A stretch of DNA of 64,000 nt from an uncultured Verrucomicrobiota bacterium (GCA_964489425.1 CAZAYP010000001.1:80171-144170); one strand, 5' to 3'; positions 37,555 to 47,758 are shown, counted from the first letter of the stretch. The notes: generated from the letters alone by a model not told the origin. A program made the numbers and translations.

Positions 37555-38808
37555 TTACAGGCCGCCGAGCAGGCTGGACACGTAGCCGGGCAGCTCGCTG
37601 CTCTTGGGGTACTCGTCGTACACCGCCTGGCGCAGCTTCCACATGCCGCTGACTTTTTCCCAGATGTGCGGCTGGCGGTACTTATCCACCACCTGCCAGA
37701 ACTGCTCCTCGCTCATGTTCAGGTAGGCCAGGCTGTCCTTGTAGTAATTCTTGGGGAACTCGCCGTCATACCGTTTCACCAGGACCGCCGCCTCCTCGCG
37801 CGTGATGTGCCCATCGCGCACCTCGTGGGCGGCGTCGGACGTGGCCCGCCCGATGCCGAACTTCACGAACCCCAGGTAGTAATGCAGCCCGTCCAGCTTG
37901 TCGTCCAGGCTGGCATACTTCGAGTACGTGCCCTCGGACCGGCCCTCGGGATTGGCCTGCAGCCCGGTATGTTCGGCGGCCAGGTAATAGTTCTCCTGCG
38001 GCACCCATTTTTTGTAGTAAGAAAACCAGTGGAACTCGATGCCCTTGCCGCGCAGGTCGGCGATGTCCGGCGGCGAGTAGAAGGTCAGGTCACACTCGTC
38101 GTAATCGCTGCGGGTCAACACGTCGGTCTCGTTAAGCCCGTACTCGATCAGCTCATGCACCGTAATGCCCTTGCAATACTGCTCGGCCCACATCTCAAAC
38201 GGCATGCCCCGCAGGTTGAACACGCGCGGATCGCCGGTGTACTCCGCCTCGCCGTTCTCGCCGAAGAACACGAGCTTGATGTCGAACTTCTGGGCAATGT
38301 GGAAAGCATAGCTCATCTGGCCGTAAATGAACGGCAGGAACACGTCGCCCACGGCCTCGAAGGCCAGGCGCGCCAGCTTGCGGTGCAGCCGGCCGTTCTG
38401 CCAGGCCATGAGGTTGTTGAACCCGCCCACATTGATGAAGTTGCAGAAGTTCTGGAACCCGATGGCCGTGTATTCGAACGGCACCCAGGTCACGGTCAGC
38501 GGATGCATGCCATACTTGTATTTCAGCTCATAGCTGACACGCGCGCTGTCCTTGCCTCCGCTGCCGGGCACCACCACATCAAAACGCCCATCGTTGCGCC
38601 GGTACTGGTCGCACAGCGCGCGCAACTCCTTTTCGCGCGTCTCCCAATCCACGCTGTTCTTGATGCCGGTGTAGCGGCACGCGCCACACACGCCCTCGGC
38701 ATCAAACTGGATGCGGGGCCGCTGGTTGGAGATCACGCAGCGTTTGCAGAACTTGATTTCCGCGGGCAAATGCGGGAGCTGACGATCAATGATTTTCTGG
38801 CTAACCAT
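37555..38808 (-). CDS. N-acetyl sugar amidotransferase (WbpG/PseA/PtmG-like PP-loop)
   Basis: FCKRCV...RPRI.FD..GVCGAC, VPGSGGKDS, GENGEAEY, SLDDK, KFGIGRATSDA. Confidence 0.9.
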   Translation of the reverse strand: MVSQKIIDRQLPHLPAEIKFCKRCVISNQRPRIQFDAEGVCGACRYTGIKNSVDWETREKELRALCDQYRRNDGRFDVVVPGSGGKDSARVSYELKYKYGMHPLTVTWVPFEYTAIGFQNFCNFINVGGFNNLMAWQNGRLHRKLARLAFEAVGDVFLPFIYGQMSYAFHIAQKFDIKLVFFGENGEAEYTGDPRVFNLRGMPFEMWAEQYCKGITVHELIEYGLNETDVLTRSDYDECDLTFYSPPDIADLRGKGIEFHWFSYYKKWVPQENYYLAAEHTGLQANPEGRSEGTYSKYASLDDKLDGLHYYLGFVKFGIGRATSDAAHEVRDGHITREEAAVLVKRYDGEFPKNYYKDSLAYLNMSEEQFWQVVDKYRQPHIWEKVSGMWKLRQAVYDEYPKSSELPGYVSSLLGGL

Positions 38809-38820
38809 GGCGAATCCTCC

Positions 38821-39690
38821 TTAGGGTAAACTGGGGCCGGCCTGGCGACAGGGGATGCCCCGCGAACGACAGTATTCCTTGATGCCTTCCAGGGTTGTGT
38901 CCTGGAAGCCGGAAACCGATGATGGCTGCTTGAGGAAGGTGAGGTTGCCCTCGGTCGAGTAGTCTTCCTCCAGCACCGGGAGTTGGCGCAGGACATTGTA
39001 ATGCAACAGCGCGGCGAGGCTCACGGCGGAAGCCAGTCCTTCGGTGATGGCCGCGGCCACATGGTCTGGCCGGCCTGCCCCGCCGGCGGCAATGACCGGC
39101 ACGGGAACCGCCGCGGCGATCCGGTGCGTCAGGCCCACGTCGAACCCCCGGCCCGTGCCTTCCTGGTGGATGGCCGTCACCATGACTTCGCCCGCCCCCA
39201 GTTCCACGCCCTGCTGCGCCCATGCGAGCACTTCCTGCCCGGTGCGCTGCCGGCCATTGTTGGTATAGGCTTCATAGCGGCCCGTGGCGTTCGGCATGGC
39301 CTCGATGGACAGCACGATGGTCGATGACCCGAACCGGCGCGCCGCGCGCCGGATAAACTCCGGGTCAGCCAGGGCCGCTGTGTTGATCGCCACCTTGTCC
39401 GCCCCGGCCTTCAACACCCGGCTGATATCGTCCAGGGTGCGCAATCCACCACCCACCGTCAGGGGGATAAAAATCTGCCGCGAGGTCTGGCGAATGATTT
39501 CGTCAAGGCTGTTGCGATTGTACAGGCTGGCCACGGCATCCATGTAAACCAGCTCATCCGCGCCGTGCTCGTAATAGTACTGGGCAAAGCGGTAGGGCTT
39601 GCCCAAAACCCGCAGGCCTTCCAGGTGGATGCCCTTGACCAGGTTGGGCCCCTTGATGTCCAGGCGCGGTATGACACGCGGGCCGATCAC
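38821..39690 (-). CDS. HisF-like cyclase subunit (glycan-modification paralog)
   Basis: RVIPRLDIKG..LVKG, GADEL, PLTVGGGLR, GADKVAINT, GAGE. Adjacent to the amidotransferase. Confidence 0.88.
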   Translation of the reverse strand: MIGPRVIPRLDIKGPNLVKGIHLEGLRVLGKPYRFAQYYYEHGADELVYMDAVASLYNRNSLDEIIRQTSRQIFIPLTVGGGLRTLDDISRVLKAGADKVAINTAALADPEFIRRAARRFGSSTIVLSIEAMPNATGRYEAYTNNGRQRTGQEVLAWAQQGVELGAGEVMVTAIHQEGTGRGFDVGLTHRIAAAVPVPVIAAGGAGRPDHVAAAITEGLASAVSLAALLHYNVLRQLPVLEEDYSTEGNLTFLKQPSSVSGFQDTTLEGIKEYCRSRGIPCRQAGPSLP

Positions 39691-40736
39691 GCGACGGGGC
39701 CCGCCGCCATCTCCACCAGCGCCCGCCCCACCCGCCCTTGTTCGAGATCATCCAGCGCCTGGTTGATTTGCTCGAGCCGGTAGCGGTGGGTCAGCAGCTT
39801 CTCCAGGGGCACCCGCTTCTCGCTGATCATCTCGTAAAACCGCGGCACGTCGCGATCCGGCTGCACAGCGCCGCCCCAGCTGCCGGCGATCCGCTTGCCG
39901 CAGATTAAATCAAAAGGATCCAGCTTGATCCGGTCCCCGAACCGCGGGTGGCTGGCAAACACACACAGCCCGCCACCCTTGTGCACGGATTGGAACGCCT
40001 GCTCAATGGTTTCCACCCGGCCAGCCGCCTCGACGGAAAAATCCACCCCCTGGCCGCCGGTCATATCCCGAATCGCCGCCAGCGCGTCCTGCCGGCGGGC
40101 ATCGATGACCGCGGTGGCGCCGAGCTCCGACGCGAGCTGCAGTTTGCCCGGATCAATGTCGACGGCGATAATCTTGGAGGCATTGCACACGATCGCTCCG
40201 ATGAGCGCGCTCATGCCCACGCCGCCCAAGCCCCAGATCGCGATCGTATGACCGGCGGACGGCTTGACCTCGTTGATCACCATGCCCGCGCCGGTGGGGA
40301 TGGCGCATCCGAACAATACCGCCAGCTCCATGGGCAGGCCGTCCGGCTTCTTCACGCACCGGTTTTCCGCCACCACGCTGTAATCGCTGAACGTCGTCAC
40401 GGCGCCGGAGTTGATGACCGTGCTGCCTTTGCGGTACTGGGCGCCGGGCGCATTCAGACCCGTGCCGCGGATCCAGCCGAGGATGACGGCGTCACCCGGC
40501 TGCACCTTGGTCACGCCGGGCCCGACGGCCTCCACCGTTCCCGAGCCTTCATGCCCGAGCAGGTGCGGCAGGTAGGGATCCGGCCCGCGCCGGCCACGCG
40601 CCTCCATCAACTGGCTGTGGCAGACCCCGCTGTAAGCCAGCTTCACCAGCACCTGGCCGGTCTGCAGGGCCGGGATTTCCAGGCCATTCACAATTTCCAG
40701 CGGCTTGCCAAGCTCTGTGAGTACCGCGGCTTTCAT
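39687..40736 (-). CDS. Zinc-binding alcohol dehydrogenase (MDR family)
   Basis: GVCHSQ, LGHEGSG, GCAIPTGAG, GLGGVG. Lacks the four-Cys structural-Zn lobe. Confidence 0.88.
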   Translation of the reverse strand: MKAAVLTELGKPLEIVNGLEIPALQTGQVLVKLAYSGVCHSQLMEARGRRGPDPYLPHLLGHEGSGTVEAVGPGVTKVQPGDAVILGWIRGTGLNAPGAQYRKGSTVINSGAVTTFSDYSVVAENRCVKKPDGLPMELAVLFGCAIPTGAGMVINEVKPSAGHTIAIWGLGGVGMSALIGAIVCNASKIIAVDIDPGKLQLASELGATAVIDARRQDALAAIRDMTGGQGVDFSVEAAGRVETIEQAFQSVHKGGGLCVFASHPRFGDRIKLDPFDLICGKRIAGSWGGAVQPDRDVPRFYEMISEKRVPLEKLLTHRYRLEQINQALDDLEQGRVGRALVEMAAGPVA

Positions 40737-40752
40737 AGGTTTACCCACTTTC

Positions 40753-41811
40753 TTAAAACGGCCCTTTGAACCACGCGCCGGGCACGTCGTGCGGACATGG
40801 TTTGGCGCCGGGTTGTTCAGACCACTGCAGGTCCCGGCCCAGCATGCGGCCAATGGCCGCGGTGATGGCCGCCGGGCCAGGATAAAAGTCGCGGGTCAGC
40901 GCGGGGCTGGTGGGCACAGGAAAATCCGGCAGCGCGATGCGCGCCGGCGCAGCCTTCAGGTCCTTGAAGCACTCCATGCTGGCGCGGGCCACGATCTCGC
41001 CGGCCACGCTGCCGAAGGCGCAGCCGGTATCCAGGGCCACAAGGCGGCCGGTCTGGCGGACAGACCCCAGCACCAGGTCCCAGTCCAGGGGGCGCAGGGT
41101 GCGCAGGTCGATGACATCGCACGTGACGCCCTGCGGTGCCAGCGCCTCGGCCACGCGCAAGGCTTCCACGCTCATGTAGGAGTAGCCCACGATCGTGACG
41201 TCGCGGCCCGCGGCCAGGCGATGGGCCTGCCCCAGCGGCACCCGGTAGTCACCCTCGGGCACATCGCTTTCCGAGTTGTGGATCCAGCGGTGCTCCAAAA
41301 AAATGACGGGGTTGTCGTCGAAGATGCTGGCCAGCAGCAGCCCCTTGGCGTCCGCAGCCGAGGTCGGCATGACCACCTTCAGGCCCGGGATATGCGTGAA
41401 CAGAGCCTGCAGGTTCTGCGAGTGGGTCGGCCCCTGGCCCCAGCCCCGGCCGAGGATCATGCGGATGGTGATCGGGCACGGCAGGAGGCCGCCAAACATG
41501 TAGTGCCACTTGGCCGCATTGTTGATGAGCTGGTCCAGGCTCAGCAACGCGAAGTCGAGGCGCTGGTGGACCATCACTGGCCGCAACCCCTGCAACGCCG
41601 CGCCGATGGCCACGCCGGTCATGGCGTTCTCCGAGGTCGGCATGTCGAACACGCGCTCCGCGCCGAACTTCTCGGCCAGGCCGGCGGTGGTGCCGAAGAT
41701 GCACTTGGGATCCGTCACGCCCAGGCCGAAACAGAGAACCCCGGAATCCTGTTCCATGGCCACGGCCAGCGCATCGCGGACAGCCTGCACAAAGGTCATG
41801 CGGCGGGTCAT
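40753..41811 (-). CDS. TPP-dependent dehydrogenase E1 beta subunit / transketolase C-terminal-like
   Basis: DMPTSEN..G.AIGAAL.GLRPV, GPTHSQ, PGLKVV.P, NPVIFLEHR, VIDLRTLRPLD. Confidence 0.9.
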   Translation of the reverse strand: MTRRMTFVQAVRDALAVAMEQDSGVLCFGLGVTDPKCIFGTTAGLAEKFGAERVFDMPTSENAMTGVAIGAALQGLRPVMVHQRLDFALLSLDQLINNAAKWHYMFGGLLPCPITIRMILGRGWGQGPTHSQNLQALFTHIPGLKVVMPTSAADAKGLLLASIFDDNPVIFLEHRWIHNSESDVPEGDYRVPLGQAHRLAAGRDVTIVGYSYMSVEALRVAEALAPQGVTCDVIDLRTLRPLDWDLVLGSVRQTGRLVALDTGCAFGSVAGEIVARASMECFKDLKAAPARIALPDFPVPTSPALTRDFYPGPAAITAAIGRMLGRDLQWSEQPGAKPCPHDVPGAWFKGPF

Positions 41812-42803
41812 GGCGTCACCGCTTCCCGGTAAAGATTCGTGTACGCCTCGGCCGGGTCCGGCCACGGCGACTGCTCGGCAAATGCGAAGGCCGCATCCAC
41901 CTCGGAGGTAATCTGCGCCTGGACCGCAGCCACCTCGGCCGCAGACACCAGGCCCGCGGCAATCAGGTCATCCTGCAGCAGCAAGACCGGGTCCCGCTCC
42001 TTCCAGTGATCGAACTCCGCCAGGGGGCGGTACTCCAGGTCGTTGTCGTAGTTCGGGCCACAATGTTCGCGCCAGCGATACGTGGAGAACTCCAGAAAAT
42101 ACGGGCCGGCGCCGCCGCGGACTTGGGCGGCGGCGGCGGCGATCATCTCATAGACCTGCAGGGCGTGGTTGCCGTCGCCGCTGCCCGCGGGGCAGCCCAG
42201 GCCGCGCACCATCTCGTGGATGGCGCGGCCCGCCGGCTGGCGCACATCGATCCGCGAATACACGGAATACAGGTTGTTCTCGCACAGGAACAGCACGGGC
42301 AGCTTCTTGAGCACGGCAAAGTTGACCGACTCGTAAAACACACCCTCCTCCACGGCCGCGTCTCCCAGGAAGATGCAGCTCAGGCGGCCGGTCTTGCGGT
42401 ATTTCAACGCCAGGCCCAGGCCCACGCCCACGGGGATGGTCCCGCCGACAATGGCCGTGCTGGCCACGAATCCCACCGCCAGGTCCGCCAGGTGCATGGA
42501 TCCGCCGCGGCCGGCGGCGCAGCCCGTGGCCTTGCCGTAGAGTTCCGCCAGCATGCGGCCGAGGTTGCCGCCCTTGCCGAGATAGTGGCCATGCGAGCGG
42601 TGGGTGCTGACGGCGAGGTCCCCGCGGTCCAGCACCATGCCCGCGGCAGCCGCCACGGCTTCCTGGCCGGAGCACAGGTGCGTGGGGCACCGCATCTTTT
42701 GCTGGGCATAGCGCTCGGCAATGGCTTCCTCGGCCATGCGGATACGCAGCATGCGCCGCCACAGCTCAACCGCCGCGGTGCGGGGAATGGGTATAGCGCT
42801 CAT
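41808..42803 (-). CDS. TPP-dependent dehydrogenase E1 alpha subunit
   Basis: HLCSGQEA, STHRSHGH, GRGGSMH, GDAA...ENN TPP motif, TYRWREHCG. Confidence 0.9.
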   Translation of the reverse strand: MSAIPIPRTAAVELWRRMLRIRMAEEAIAERYAQQKMRCPTHLCSGQEAVAAAAGMVLDRGDLAVSTHRSHGHYLGKGGNLGRMLAELYGKATGCAAGRGGSMHLADLAVGFVASTAIVGGTIPVGVGLGLALKYRKTGRLSCIFLGDAAVEEGVFYESVNFAVLKKLPVLFLCENNLYSVYSRIDVRQPAGRAIHEMVRGLGCPAGSGDGNHALQVYEMIAAAAAQVRGGAGPYFLEFSTYRWREHCGPNYDNDLEYRPLAEFDHWKERDPVLLLQDDLIAAGLVSAAEVAAVQAQITSEVDAAFAFAEQSPWPDPAEAYTNLYREAVTP

Positions 42804-42821
42804 CTTCTCAACTCCGGGCTG

Positions 42822-43481
42822 TCAGGGCATGAACCAGTAGTAATCCCCGGTGAATCCCACTTCCTTGAAAAAGGCTTTCCACTCGTCCACGTGCATCACC
42901 GTCAGCGCGGTGAGGTTCCATGCCGCCATGGCCTTTTTCTCCTCCTCGTTGCGAAAGGCATCCACGGTGATGAAGCTGCCCTTGCGCGCCACGCGTTCGA
43001 TTTCGCGCAGCACGGTAGCGCAATCCTGACGGTTGAAGTTGTGCACGGTCGTGATGGAGATCACCACGTCGAACGACTTGTCCGGGAACGGCAGGCGGCG
43101 GGCGTCCGCCACCTGGACGCAGGGCTTCATATCGTCCATGGCGTTGGCAATGGCGTACTCGGAGATATCGATGCCGCGCACGGTGATGCCGGGGATCAGC
43201 GCCGCCATGTCGTGCAGCATGAATCCTTTGCCGCAGCCCACGTCCAGCACGGAACTGGCCGCAGTCAACCCGAAGTGCTGCTGGAACGTGGGGATGACCG
43301 GCTGCCAGAAACGCGCGTTGTAGTAGTAGCCGCCGTAGCCGGTGCGGCGATCGCCATCAAAAAAATCTTTCCCGAACTGGCGGGCGATCCGCCGATCCTC
43401 CTCGGTCTTCTCCGCGGCGCGCTTGGTCACATCGCGCTTGGTCTTGGGGTAATTCACCAGCAAATCAATTTCTTGGCCCAT
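42822..43481 (-). CDS. Class I SAM-dependent methyltransferase
   Basis: VLDVGCGKG, GIDIS, LPFPDKSFDVV. Confidence 0.88.
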   Translation of the reverse strand: MGQEIDLLVNYPKTKRDVTKRAAEKTEEDRRIARQFGKDFFDGDRRTGYGGYYYNARFWQPVIPTFQQHFGLTAASSVLDVGCGKGFMLHDMAALIPGITVRGIDISEYAIANAMDDMKPCVQVADARRLPFPDKSFDVVISITTVHNFNRQDCATVLREIERVARKGSFITVDAFRNEEEKKAMAAWNLTALTVMHVDEWKAFFKEVGFTGDYYWFMP

Positions 43482-43507
43482 GGTGGTTTCCTTTCGTTGT
43501 TGTCAGT

Positions 43508-44461
43508 CTATTTCGCGCCGCCCGCCGCCCCGAGCTTCTTCATGGTTTTGATGTTGTAGTAAATGTCGTCGTTCTTGAGCTGGCCGGCACGGAACGCGGC
43601 GATCACGTCACGGATCCCGTCCTCCACGCCATGGGCGGGCGCGAACCCAGTCGCCAGCAGTTTCTTAGAAGACAGGCGATAGGAGCGCGGGTCGTTGGAC
43701 GCGCTCACGGAAATCTCGGCGGGCACATGGCGGATGACCATCTGCGCGATGTCCAGAATGGAGATATTCTCAAAACCGGCGTTGTAGATGCCCGGCGCCC
43801 GCGCCCCCAGCGCAAGGAAGTGCTGGTACACCCGGACCATGTCGGCGATGTGGATGTTGGGCCGGGTCTGGTCGCCGCCAAACACGGTGATGCGGCCGTT
43901 GGCCAGGGCTTGCATGGTGAGCATGTTCACCGACAGGTCCAACCGCATGCGCGGCGAGTAGCCGCAGATGGTCGCCGGCCGGATGCATTGGATGAGGATT
44001 TGATCCTGGTAACTGAGCAGCACGCGCTCGCTGATCATCTTGGTCTTGTTGTAATCGGAGATCGGCACCAGGTCCAAATCCTCGGTGACCTCGGGTTCGT
44101 CTTTCACCCCGTACACGCTGCCGGAGCTGGCATAGATGAACTGGCGCACCTTGTGGCGGATGGCGCGCTCGACCAGCCGCATCGCCCCCAGGGCATTGAC
44201 TTCCCAAGAAAGCTTGGCGTCGAGCTCGGCGCAGGGATCATTGGCCACGTTGGCCAGGTGTATGATGGCGTCCACCCCGGCCATGGGCAAAGCCTCCACG
44301 TTGCGGATGTCTTCACGGACCACGGTCAGCGCCGGGTGCGCGGCCAGGTAGTTGCCAAACCACATGGCGTCCACCACGGTGACCTTGTGCCCTGCCTCCA
44401 GCAGGGCCGGCGTCAGCCGGCTGCCCACGTAACCGCAACCCCCGGTAACCAGAATGTGCAT
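43508..44461 (-). CDS. NAD-dependent epimerase/dehydratase (extended SDR)
   Basis: VTGGCGYVG, HLA, ASSGSVYG, YNKTK, G.SPRMRLDL. Confidence 0.9.
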   Translation of the reverse strand: MHILVTGGCGYVGSRLTPALLEAGHKVTVVDAMWFGNYLAAHPALTVVREDIRNVEALPMAGVDAIIHLANVANDPCAELDAKLSWEVNALGAMRLVERAIRHKVRQFIYASSGSVYGVKDEPEVTEDLDLVPISDYNKTKMISERVLLSYQDQILIQCIRPATICGYSPRMRLDLSVNMLTMQALANGRITVFGGDQTRPNIHIADMVRVYQHFLALGARAPGIYNAGFENISILDIAQMVIRHVPAEISVSASNDPRSYRLSSKKLLATGFAPAHGVEDGIRDVIAAFRAGQLKNDDIYYNIKTMKKLGAAGGAK

Positions 44462-44473
44462 GGCGCGTCCTTG

Positions 44474-45580
44474 TTAGGCTTGTTGTTTGAAAAAGTCCAA
44501 AACGTTTTCGATCACATACCCGACGGCATCGTCCTCCAGCTCCGGATAGACCGGCAGGCTCAGGATCGTGGCGGCCAACTGCTCCGCCATGGGGAAGTCG
44601 CCGCGCCGGTAACCGAGGCCGGCAGCCGCGGGCTGCAGGTGCAGAGGGATGGGATAATTCACCTTGGTTTCCACGCCACGCGCGGCCAGGAACGCCTGCA
44701 ACTCGTCGCGCCGCGGGGTTTGGACCATGTAACGGTGGTAGACCGGCTCCTCGTAGTCGCGGTCTTCGGGCACGGTGACCACCCCGCGCAACGCCCGGGA
44801 ATACTGGCCGGCGATGGCGCGCATGCGATCGTTCCAGCCGTCCAGGTACGGCAGCTTGATGTTGGCGATCCCGGCCTGGATGGAGTCCAGGCGCGAGTTG
44901 ATGCCCCAGAACTCGCACACGTCGCGGTTGGCCAGCCCATGGTTGCGGTATTTCATGAGTTGGGTTGCCAGGGCGGCATCGCGGGTGGTGATCACGCCGC
45001 CATCGCCGTGCACGTGGAGGTTCTTGAGCGGGTGCAGGCTGAAGCCGGCGGCCGTGCCGAACGAACCCGCGCGCCGGCCGTTACGCCGCGCGCCCACAGC
45101 CTGGGCCGCGTCCTCGATCACCAGCAGGTGGTGCTTGGCGGCCAGCGCCAGGATCGCGTCCATGTCCGCCACGCGGCCGGTCAGGTGCACGGGCAGGATG
45201 GCCTTGGTGCGCGGGGTGATGGCGGCCGCGACCGCGGCCGGGTTGATGTTCATGTCCGGCCCCACGTCGGCGAACACGATCCGCGCGCCGGTGCGGTCAA
45301 TGACCCAGGCCGAGGCGATGAACGAGTTGGGCGCGGTGATCACCTCGTCGCCCGGGCCGATGCCCAGGGCGGCCAGGGGCAGGTAGAGCGCGTCCGACCC
45401 GTTGGCCACAGCAATGGCATGCGGCACTCCGCAGTACGCGGCAAACTGCGCCTCAAAACGCTCCACCTCGGCGCCCAGGATGTAGGCCCCGGCGCACGAG
45501 AGTTCCTCGAACTTGGCCAGGATGGCCGGCCGCAGGCTCTCGAACTGGCGGCCCAAATCAACAAATTTAACCGCGCGCAT
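44474..45580 (-). CDS. DegT/DnrJ/EryC1/StrS aminotransferase
   Basis: NGSDAL, GPGDEVIT, PVHLTG, IEDAAQA, SLHPLKNL...GDGG, NSRLDSIQA. Confidence 0.92.
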   Translation of the reverse strand: MRAVKFVDLGRQFESLRPAILAKFEELSCAGAYILGAEVERFEAQFAAYCGVPHAIAVANGSDALYLPLAALGIGPGDEVITAPNSFIASAWVIDRTGARIVFADVGPDMNINPAAVAAAITPRTKAILPVHLTGRVADMDAILALAAKHHLLVIEDAAQAVGARRNGRRAGSFGTAAGFSLHPLKNLHVHGDGGVITTRDAALATQLMKYRNHGLANRDVCEFWGINSRLDSIQAGIANIKLPYLDGWNDRMRAIAGQYSRALRGVVTVPEDRDYEEPVYHRYMVQTPRRDELQAFLAARGVETKVNYPIPLHLQPAAAGLGYRRGDFPMAEQLAATILSLPVYPELEDDAVGYVIENVLDFFKQQA

Positions 45581-46721
45581 AGAATTCCCGCACCTTGGCA
45601 AGCATGTAGTCGATCTCGTCATCCGTGATATACTCGTGCACCGGCAGGGAGATCACGGAATCGCACACCGCCTCCGCCACGGGAAAGTCGCCGCGCCGGT
45701 AGCCATACGGCCTGGCCGCGGGCTGCAGGTGCATGGGAATGGGGTAATGCACCTTGGCGTCAATCCCCTGCCCCACCAGGTACTGCTGCAACGCGTCCCG
45801 CCGCTCGGCGCGCACCACGTAGATGTGGTAGACCTGCTGCACGTCAGCCGGACGCGCCGGGACCGTGACCTGCGGGATAGCGCGCAGCCCTTGGTCCAGG
45901 CGCGCGGCGTGCGCCATGCGCGCGGTAGTGATGGCGTCGATTTTTTTCAGCAGGTGGTTGGCGACGATCGCCTGGATCGAATCCAGCCGCGAGTTGTAGG
46001 CAAACACCACGCACTCATCGCGATTCACCAGGCCGTGGTTGCGGGACAGCACCAACTGGTCGTGAAGCTCCGGTGAATCGGTGACGATGTAGCCGCCGTC
46101 GCCCCACACGTTGAGGTTCTTGAGCGGATGCATGCTGAAGCACCCGGCCAGGCCGAAGGTACCGGCCGGCTTGCCCTGGTAATAGGCGCGGATCCCGTGG
46201 CAGGAATCCTCCACCACCTTCAGGCCCCGGCGATTGGCGATCTCCATGATCCGGTCCATCTGGCACGGCAGGCCCGACCAGTGCACGGGCAGGATGGCCT
46301 TGGTCCGCGGGGTGATGGCCGCCTCGATCAGGTCCGGGTTGATGTTGTAATCCGCGCGGATATCCACGAACACCGGCCGCGCGCCCGCGGTGACGATTGC
46401 GCCAATGGTGGCAAAAAATGTATACGGCGTGGTGATGACCTCGTCGCCCGGGCCCACGCCGGCCCCCTTGAGGCTCAGGAGCAGCGCGTCTGTGCCGCTG
46501 CCCACGCCGACGACAAACCGGCTGCCGGTGAGCTTGCGGATGTTCTCCTCGAACTCGTCCACGCTGCGGCCGAGGGTGTAGTCCGCGCGCTGGACGAGCT
46601 GCTCGATCTGCTTGAAGATTTCCGGGTAATCCGCGAACTGCTGGACGAGGTAGTTGTGGTTGATCTGCGGACGGCCGGTGGCCTCGTACTGGCCGGGCAG
46701 GTAGTTGTGCATCACTGGCAT
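45567..46721 (-). CDS. DegT/DnrJ/EryC1/StrS aminotransferase (second paralog)
   Basis: SGTDAL, GPGDEVIT, VEDSCH, SMHPLKNL..WGDGG, NSRLDSIQA. Confidence 0.92.
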   Translation of the reverse strand: MPVMHNYLPGQYEATGRPQINHNYLVQQFADYPEIFKQIEQLVQRADYTLGRSVDEFEENIRKLTGSRFVVGVGSGTDALLLSLKGAGVGPGDEVITTPYTFFATIGAIVTAGARPVFVDIRADYNINPDLIEAAITPRTKAILPVHWSGLPCQMDRIMEIANRRGLKVVEDSCHGIRAYYQGKPAGTFGLAGCFSMHPLKNLNVWGDGGYIVTDSPELHDQLVLSRNHGLVNRDECVVFAYNSRLDSIQAIVANHLLKKIDAITTARMAHAARLDQGLRAIPQVTVPARPADVQQVYHIYVVRAERRDALQQYLVGQGIDAKVHYPIPMHLQPAARPYGYRRGDFPVAEAVCDSVISLPVHEYITDDEIDYMLAKVREFYARG

Positions 46722-46738
46722 GGGGCGGGCTCCGTGGG

Positions 46739-47758
46739 TTAAACCTTGTGAACGTAGTCCAGGGGCTGGGTTTGCAGAAACTCCCAGTTTTCATCAATCC
46801 AGGCGCGGGTCTCGGCGAGGCCGGCGGCGAACGGCACGCGTGTCTGCCAATCCAGCTCGCGCCGCGCCTTGGACGCATCGAGGCTGAACACCGCGTCCTG
46901 GCCAAAATTTTCCGCGGTGACGCGCAGGGCCGCGGCCGGGTCGGCGCCGCACTGGCGGCAGATCATCTCCACGACCTCGCGGATGCTGAACACCTCGCCC
47001 TGGGGCGCCACGTGGTAGACCTCGCCGTTGCGGCCGGCCACGATCGCGCGGTGCACAGCCGCGGCCACATCGCGGATATGGACGAACGCGCGCCGCGACA
47101 ATCCGCCGCCGTGCAACTCGATCGGCCGCCCCAGCTTCAGGTAGATGAACGCGCGCGGAATGATGCGGTACAATTGCTGGTGGATGCCATAGACATTGGC
47201 CGACCGCGTAAACACCACGGGAAACCCGTAGCGCTTGAACAGCGTGAACAGGTGCAGGTCGCCGGCCAGCTTGGACGCGGCGTAGGGCGTGCTGGGATAG
47301 TAGGTGTGGCTTTCGACAATGTTTTCGCCGGTGCTGCCGTACACCTCGGGCGTGGAGATCGCCACGTAGCGACGCAGGTACTTCTTCTCCTTCAGCCCCT
47401 CGGCCAGGCGGACCACGCCCAGGCAATTGGTCTGGTACCACTGCTCCGGCCATTTCCAGCTGTTGCGCACCTCGCCCTGCGCCGCGAGATTGACCACCAC
47501 GTCGGGCTCAAACTCATCGCACAGCGCCACAAGCCGGTCCATCTCCGCGTTCACGTCCAACTGGCGGAAGGCGAAGCGCTCCGGCCGGCGCGGCTGGCGG
47601 TACAGGTAAGGCAAAAAACAGGCGGGATACTCGGCCGACCGGCTCACGCCCAGCACCTGGGCCGCGGTGTGCTGCAGCAGGTGCTGCACGATGTGCGCGC
47701 CGGTGAACGAGTTGCTCGCCACCACCAGCGCCCGGCGGATGTCCAGCTCCGGGGTCAT
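46739..47758 (-). CDS. NDP-sugar dehydratase/epimerase (extended SDR, RmlB/GMD-like)
   Basis: ASNSFTG variant of the nucleotide-binding motif. NLAAQ, ISTPEVYG, PSTPYAASK, ANVYG. Confidence 0.85.
   Translation of the reverse strand: MTPELDIRRALVVASNSFTGAHIVQHLLQHTAAQVLGVSRSAEYPACFLPYLYRQPRRPERFAFRQLDVNAEMDRLVALCDEFEPDVVVNLAAQGEVRNSWKWPEQWYQTNCLGVVRLAEGLKEKKYLRRYVAISTPEVYGSTGENIVESHTYYPSTPYAASKLAGDLHLFTLFKRYGFPVVFTRSANVYGIHQQLYRIIPRAFIYLKLGRPIELHGGGLSRRAFVHIRDVAAAVHRAIVAGRNGEVYHVAPQGEVFSIREVVEMICRQCGADPAAALRVTAENFGQDAVFSLDASKARRELDWQTRVPFAAGLAETRAWIDENWEFLQTQPLDYVHKV

Noticed and set aside
38821-39690. Histidine biosynthesis hisF
   Set aside because: No other his genes are present, and adjacency to an N-acetyl sugar amidotransferase indicates the glycan-modification paralog.
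40753-42803. Housekeeping pyruvate dehydrogenase (pdhA/pdhB)
   Set aside because: No E2/E3 or lipoyl-domain gene is nearby and the pair is embedded in a sugar-nucleotide operon, so gene symbols were withheld.
39687-46721. Aminoglycoside (2-deoxystreptamine-like) antibiotic cluster suggested by DegT plus Zn-dehydrogenase
   Set aside because: No 2-deoxy-scyllo-inosose synthase or resistance gene is present, and the context is Wzx/Wzy/Wzc polysaccharide export.
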